A stretch of DNA of 64,000 nucleotides. Origin: Squalus acanthias. Taxonomy: Eukaryota. The notes under the pieces are model-generated. The model was not told the DNA's origin. It searched no databases and was given only the letters and a program-made list of their open reading frames with translations. Made by a program: the position numbers and the translations under genes. Below are positions 62,678 through 64,000 of this stretch, piece by piece (within the stretch, counting starts at the first letter, position 1; each line of letters begins with the position of its first letter). Location of the stretch: contig CM059431.1 in the NCBI GenBank assembly GCA_030390025.1, positions 104,720,001 to 104,784,000 on the forward strand. The letters are read 5' to 3'.

Positions 62678-63521
62678 GGGCTGGATTTTCCAAGCCCCGA
62701 GGAGGCGGGCATGGAGGCGGGACAGCCGGTAAATTAGCAGAAAGTGGGGGCGGATGGCAAACCCGCTCCCATCTCGCCTCCGTGCCCTTTTGCCAGGAGG
62801 TGGGAAGATGTGCTGCTTTGGGTCCCGTCTCCTGGAGACGGGAAAGGCATTTAATACTTTTAACTGCCTGTTAACAGGTAGTTAACAGGCAGAAAAAAGG
62901 ATTAGTGCCATTTTACCTTCACAGGTGAAGGCTTCCCGACCTCGGAGAACCTCGCCGGGTTAGAGGAGACGTGGAGGAGGTCTGCGGCGGTCGGAGGCAC
63001 CTGGAAGTAAGATGTAGAGGTGAGTGATGGGTGCAAGTGTGGAGTGGTAAGTATGTAAGGTGAGTGATAAGTTTTAAAAATGTTCACTTACCTTGTTTTC
63101 TTCCTACAGCCTTAGCCGCGGTGGATCGGGAGAGCCGACATCTTCCTTGTCAATTTCACAGACTGGCTGTTGGAACCTCCGAACCAACAGCCATGTGAAA
63201 TTTACAAAGTTGAAAGGTTTGATGAGTCCTGAACACAGGGACTCAACAAACTAAAGAGAATGTCAGTGTTTGATAGCTTCACAGAGCTGTCAAACGCTGA
63301 CATTTCTTCTTTCAAGAAGTCTTGATAGATAGCACGTCTGACGTTGACGTGCTCTGTCAGTGACTTCCTCCCTAATTGGCCTGCTGAGCCCGCAGGGCGG
63401 GTTGAACAAGCTCAATCAGGGGAAAATCCCTCTGGTTGGTCAGGCGAGGATGGAGGCGGAAAATTGACACGACAAGCAGCAGTCCCGCCTCCAACTTGTC
63501 TCCATTCACAAAATCCGGCCC
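62678..63521. mobile_element. Harbinger-like MITE family D
   Basis: TIR gggctggatttt/aaaatccggccc; flanks ata/att. Confidence 0.85.
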
Positions 63522-63608
63522 ATTGTTTCAGGTCGATGACCCTTCGTCAGAACGACTGAATTATTCTGGATAACTGCTGATATTAATTTTGCTTCCCTAT
63601 TATATCCA

Positions 63609-63643
63609 TTTCTGACGAAGGGTCATCGACTTGAAACGCTAAC
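63609..63643 (+). ncRNA. Minimal hammerhead motif, probably inactivated
   Basis: uu-CUGACGA-a-ggguc(auc)gacuu-GAAA-cg-CU-aac; the conserved U before the cleavage nucleotide is C here. Confidence 0.55.
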
Positions 63644-64000
63644 TCTGTTTCTCTCTCTACAGATGCTGCCTGACCTGCTGAGTATTTCCAGCATTTTCTG
63701 TTTTTATTTTACACCTACTGCTCGCTTTCAAGAATCCCACTTTGAGACAGTTAATCCAGCTGACTGTGCTCCTTGTACATTGGTGCCGATCTAGATTTTG
63801 TCCTCCAGCACTTCTCTGGAGCTTGAGGGCAAAACCAACAGCTTGCTTCAACTCTGTCGGGATTCTTTGATTATTGACTTTTTAAAAAGTATCTTATGAA
63901 TTATGATTGAGTCTGACAATTTTTTTTCTCTGTATTTTTAGTTGCTTCCTGAATACATTTAGTTTGAAATCCGGAATGCCGATAATGTAACTGTGGAAAC

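Larger units (their letters stand above)
62572..63705. mobile_element. Penelope-type inverted pLTR insertion (family 2), left arm split by MITE D
   Basis: Arms 62572-62677+63522-63553 (-) and 63610-63705 (+); 14-bp TSD attttacacctact. Confidence 0.82.

Overview
Eukaryotic, repeat-dominated DNA with no recognisable host protein-coding gene. The repeat set (CR1 and L2 LINE fragments, Deu-domain SacSINE1-like SINEs, an HE1/V-SINE, Penelope-type pLTRs) points to a cartilaginous fish, probably a shark; the species cannot be determined from the sequence. It reads as a large intron or intergenic tract. Nearly all ORFs in the track are LINE reverse-transcriptase remnants or chance ORFs inside repeats. 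The less obvious structure is as follows. (1) At least four families of 0.7-0.9 kb non-autonomous TIR transposons with 3-bp TSDs (PIF/Harbinger-like) share an extended palindromic target preference (..AC-NNN-GT..). One family carries promoter motifs, clustered splice donors and a covarying hairpin. (2) Two families of Penelope-type inverted pLTR insertions have 12-14 bp TSDs and minimal hammerhead ribozymes. (3) Three solo LTRs have 4-bp TSDs, and two of them sit in a four-level nest. (4) Two short insertions were copied from sequence 1.5-2.2 kb away. (5) There is an unrecognised tRNA-headed SINE and a 29-bp minisatellite. Family assignments come from recognising motifs by eye, not from database searches. 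Boundaries not anchored by a TSD are approximate.
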